Source: Eledone cirrhosa
Lineage: Eukaryota
Length of the DNA: 64,000 bases
Assembly (NCBI GenBank): GCA_964016885.1
Contig: OZ024740.1
Location: 411,804,001-411,868,000 of the forward strand
Direction: 5' to 3'
Positions 59,480 through 64,000 of the stretch are shown here, in pieces (position 1 is the first letter of the stretch; each line of letters opens with the position of its first letter). The notes beneath the pieces are model-generated. The model did no database searches. It saw only the letters and a program-made list of their open reading frames with translations, and was not told where the DNA came from. Position numbers and translations under genes: made by a program.

Positions 59480-61720
59480 AAAAATTGAACAGGAACGAAA
59501 CAGAGAGGCAGTACGAACAAAGGTTTATTAATTTCACGCTCTTGAGAGTGGGGTGGTGGTGGGGGACGAAGTTTTGGGCATAAGCCCTTCTTCAGGTGAA
59601 AAGTGTGTGGGAAGAGAGTTCAAAGGGTGTGTAGGGGAGTGGTGGAGAGACATATAGCAAAATGGGGGTGAGAGGAAACGGTGCAAATGAAATTAAAGAT
59701 AAAGGCATGATCAAAATAAAATTAAAATGGGGTAAAACAGGTGGTGGAAGGGTGTGGGGCGTGTAGTGGTGGTGGCGGGTGGAGTAGGGAGAGGGAGACG
59801 GGGTGTCCGAGCGGGGAGGGCTGAATGTGGTGTGTGTGTGTACGTGTACGTGTGTGTGTGTGTGTATGTGAAAGCAAGGGTTGGGGGAAGAACGGGGTTG
59901 CATGTTCAGGAAGAGGTGTGTGTGGGGTGGGGTGTAGCTCGGAGTGTGAGTGCGTGTGTGGATAGAGGGGTGGGGGGAAAGGATTCTGGTGGCTGAATGT
60001 GTAAATATGTGGTGGTACGCACGTGTGTGTGTGGTGTTTAAGCGTGTTGTGGATGTAGGTGGCGTGTGGGAAAAAAATGTTTTTGTGTGTGTGTCTGGGG
60101 TGAGTCTTAAAGGAAATTCCATAAAAAGATGTGGTGGAATGCTAAGAAATCCTGGGATGCGGTAGATTCTCGGGATCAAGGTTCACATATGTGTAATCCG
60201 TGAAGAGATTGGTCGGAAGAGGGGAGATGTGGGGTGCGCGCGCAACAGGAAGTGGTCAGAGGGTCAAGGCAGGAGGAGGGTTGTGTGTCTGTGTGTGCGG
60301 GGAGGTGGTCAGAGGCGTAGCAGCAGTAGGGTAGAATGGTAAGTGAAGGTGTGTCAGTGTGTGCGGAGGTGCGGTGGACAGGGGAGAGGATGGGTAGGTG
60401 TGAAAGTTGGAGTGAGGAGGGGGTGTGTGTGTATTAGTAGAGGTGTTAGTGGGATGTGTGAGTGTTTGAGAAAGGGTGTGGGTTGAGCGGGGAGAGAAGC
60501 GTGTGGGGGCCGATGGAGGGAGTGTAGTGTACTGGTGTGTGTGTGTGTGGTGAAGGGGGTGTTAGTGGGTGTTAGTATACTGGAGGTGGAGAAAGGGTTG
60601 AATGCGGGTGTGAGTGGGGGTCAGTGGTGGTAGGGTGTGTAGAGTGGGTGGTGTAAGAGGGTGTGCGTGTTCGTGTGCGTAGGGTTGGGGGGTGTTAGTG
60701 ATGTTAGTTGCGTGTGGAGTGGGTGTGTGTGTTCGTGTGCTTGGGGTCAGGGGGTGTTAGTTATGTTGGTTGCGGGGTGGTGGGGTGGGTGTGTGGGGGT
60801 TAGGGTTAGTGTTGGTAGTAGGGTGTGTGTTTAGTGTGAGCGCGTGTATATATGTACCGGTGGGTGTGTGCGTGTGATAAGGAGGAGGGGAGGAGAAGAA
60901 GGGAGGGATGTTAGTATGTTAGTTGGGGAAGGGTGGTAGGATGTGGGGTGGAGGTGTTAGTATTGTTAGTTGTGGGGTGGGCGGTGAAAAGGAGGGGTTT
61001 GTTAGTGGTGTTAGTGGGAGATATGTGTGGCGGGAGGGGGCGGTCGAAGGCTAAAGGAATAAGGGTGGGGAGTTCACGCCGGGGGGAGTGTGGGTCTGTA
61101 GGGTGAAGATGGTTCGTTGTTCGACTCTTAGGAGATTGGCGGGTGTTCCGTGGCATTGGAGTAGGCCACATACTGTGAGGTGGTGTGCGGAATGTCCAGG
61201 GGCACCAAAGTGGCGGGTGATGGGGGAACTACCACCGAGACGAATATCCCGGAGGTGCTCAGTAAATCTGTCCGCCAGGCGACCTCCAGTCTCTCCGACG
61301 TAAGTCGCGCAGCAGTCCATGCAGCGAAGTCCATAGACTAGGTTGGAGGAAGTGCAGCAGAAGGCATGCCGGACAGAGAGAGAGTGACCGTTGGGACCCT
61401 GGAAGGCGGTGGTGTTGGTGATGTGGGGACAGGTGTTGCAGCAGGGCCTAGAACAGGGAAAGGAACCGTGGGGGAGCGTGGGTTGGGGGGTAGGGAGCTG
61501 TGGGCGAGGAGGGTGCGGAGATTGCGTGCGCGTTTGAAGGAGGGGAGTGGTGGGGCTGGAAATATGTGGGAGGTGGAGGGGTCGGACTGGAGGCGTCGGA
61601 AGAGGCGGAGGATGGTGCGATGGAGGTGTATGATGGAGGGGTCGTAGGTCATGGGGAAGGGGAGACGGTGGGTGGGTGTGCGGTGGCGTGGGGTGAGGGT
61701 GGTGGAGCAGTGGAGAGCAT
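59480..61720 (-). mobile_element. Penelope-like element 3 (Neptune-like), 5'-truncated, with a long C/A-rich 3'UTR and terminal pLTR
   Basis: PPLPSFKRARNLRTLLAHS, frameshift, then CSRPCCNTC..SSNLVYGLRCMDCCATYVGETGGRLADRFTEH (stop at 61051); hammerhead CTGAAGA-agggcttatgccc-aAAAC-ttc-GTC at 59595 to 59565. Confidence 0.88.
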
Positions 61721-62326
61721 AGAGAGAGAGAGAGACAGAGTGTGTGTGTGTGTAAAAGAGAGAGCGAATGAGAGAGATATAAATTAGGCTATATACAAAT
61801 CAATATACATAGAAACACACATTAATACACTCGGTTATATATCAGCAAAAGCAAATAGATTTATAACTAGGCTTGGACCGATTAATTTATGTGGTATCGG
61901 CAATTTCGGTGATTAAACGATTACCATTCATTTTTCGATTAATTCGTTTCGATATTTAGCCATTTTATATTTTATACATGCATGTATAGAAGCATTTACT
62001 TGACCTCCATGCTAGGCATGTATGTTGAAGCCTCGCTTCCGAATTAAAACAACAGCATTAAATAATTTTATTCCTAATACTCAAGCACGTTGAACAACGT
62101 AAATGAAAATTATTTGGGCATATTTTCCTGTAGGTTAAATGGTGTTAGATTACAAACGAGACTCTTTACCAACTAACAATTATGGATCTTTTTAAAAGGA
62201 ATCAATTTTGAAATTATAAAGTTTCTAATTTTATATTTTTGTAAAGGCATAAGAACACAATATAATTCCTTGTTCAAATCAAATTAATGTCAAAACAGGA
62301 AATATGTAATCTGTAGATAAAGATAT

Positions 62327-62464
62327 ATCATACTTCATATGATACATCATACCTCATATGATACATCATATCAGGTATGATGCATCATACCTGATATGAT
62401 ACATCATACCTCATACGATACATCATACCTCATATGATACATCATAGCTCGTATGATACATCAT
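62327..62464. repeat. 19-bp quasi-palindromic minisatellite, 7 copies, third unit inverted
   Basis: atcatacctcatatgatac units; unit 3 reads atcatatcaggtatgat. Confidence 0.92.
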
Positions 62465-63423
62465 TTTTCATAAGATGAGTAACCAATAAATATGTAAAAC
62501 TAGTTTGTTTTACTCGAGCAAGACAAGAAATGTCTGAATTCATTGCTTGATGAAGACTCTATCGGTGAGGAGCATTTGTAAGAAATAATTTAAAAAGATA
62601 TTTAAATTCAATATAATAATGAATATTCGGCATATAAAAGGTTTACACCTTTACAACGAACAAACACAAAAACAAAAAAAATAATTAGCAATAGGTCAAT
62701 CTGCGAAATTGTATGTATGCAAAAAAGCAGCATTTCAGATTGAACATTTATTTAGCTCCATTAATTTAAACAATAATGTATACGCTAAAAACGTGCTGGT
62801 AATTTAAAACATACGCCCATAATTACTTTATCGAACACCAAACTGAGATTCATACTATATTAGTACTGAAAGGTAAACATATTTAAAATACAGCATACAT
62901 GTCCATATATTAAAATGATCAGAGAAATAACTGAAGAAGGTATAAGAGTTACATACATTTTAACCCGACATCAAAACAGATATTGCAATTTCCTAAGCTT
63001 GAATATAAGCAGTATCTACGGTTTTTACTCCGTAGTAGAAACTAATATGATGTGTAGGAAACGGTGTTTCGGGGGTGCTGTAAGATTACTAAAGTGCAAT
63101 AAATAACGCGAAAATAATACAAAATGGATTTTCATATATTCGTTTACTCGTGGATATATTCCTAAAGGTTTAATGTAAATATAATTTAAAAAAAACAAAC
63201 AAGATTTTATTTGCTACTGCTCATATTAGATTGGTTCAACATATTTCAAAAATAAATACATTAAAGTCTAAAGGTAGCACAGAAAAAGAAACAAAGGAAT
63301 CAAACGTGTTGTCCAATTAGTTAACTCCTTATCATATATATATATATATATATATATATACAACGATAACTCTAAAGTCCAGGATTATAGAAACTGTTTA
63401 ACCCACATTATTGCATAAAAGAA

Positions 63424-63613
63424 GGGCGGTGGATTGGCAGTATCGGTAGAGGGTCGGACGCCATGCTTTCCAGCATAGTTACGTCCCTTTACGATCTGAG
63501 TTCAAATCCCGCCGAGGTTGACTTTGCCTTTCATCCTTACGGGGTCGATAAAATAAAGTACCAGTAATGCACTGGGTAATTGCTGGCCTTGTGCCTAAAG
63601 TAGAAACAATTAT
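63424..63613 (+). mobile_element. Full-length tRNA-SINE with a Deu/Nin-like core
   Basis: A-box tggcagtatcgg, B-box gagttcaaatcc, core gcctttcatccttacggggtcgataaaataaagtaccag. Confidence 0.9.
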
Positions 63614-63929
63614 TCTGAAGACAGCATATATATGTGTAGGTATGTATATTCCCTCTGATAGTTTGTAAAATTTTTACATAGATTAATATGATTTACATAC
63701 CAACACACATATATATATATCCTAGAAACGATGTAAAATGATGAATTTTTTAATATAAGGAACTGTTTCTTTGTTTTTATTCATTGTTTTTATTAATTTA
63801 TCTTCACTCTGTTTTCCTGTGATTTTCATCGAAAAAATTGTTGAATACATCTTCTCTTTTCATGATATTTGGATTACATTGAGTTCTTCATACGGATTGG
63901 ACACTACCGTATATTTTGGTAGATTTATC

Positions 63930-63990
<61 letters not shown>

Positions 63991-64000
63991 ATATATTTAT

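Noticed and set aside
60790-60812. Interstitial telomere
   Set aside because: Only about two TTAGGG-like units within a GT-rich UTR.
63424-63520. tRNA gene
   Set aside because: A and B boxes are present but there is no cloverleaf, and the sequence continues into a multicopy SINE body.

Overview
AT-rich, microsatellite-dense eukaryotic DNA. The SINE types and (TA)n/(CA)n load suggest a mollusc, probably an octopus (inference). Most ORF-track entries are translated microsatellites. The recognisable coding remnants are retroelements: three Penelope-like elements (PLEs; RT plus GIY-YIG), a GC-rich CRE-like RLE element, and RTE, L1/Tx1 and HERO/R2-like fragments. There is also a decayed mariner, plus many tRNA-derived SINE copies. 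The most striking signal is a population of short non-coding elements from several unrelated families sitting in (TA)n tracts. Most form a hairpin (inverted arm + direct arm + unpaired tail), and many carry a minimal hammerhead-ribozyme core, including U3-A8 covariant cores. The best case is a 467-bp hammerhead-bearing unit present as 1.56 direct copies plus an inverted arm (47321-48490), a retrozyme/mini-PLE-like element. A chain of phase-compatible minus-strand exons at 8.7-12.8 kb, with more exon-like pieces to about 22 kb, suggests an unidentified host gene or pseudogene. All calls were made by eye without database searches.
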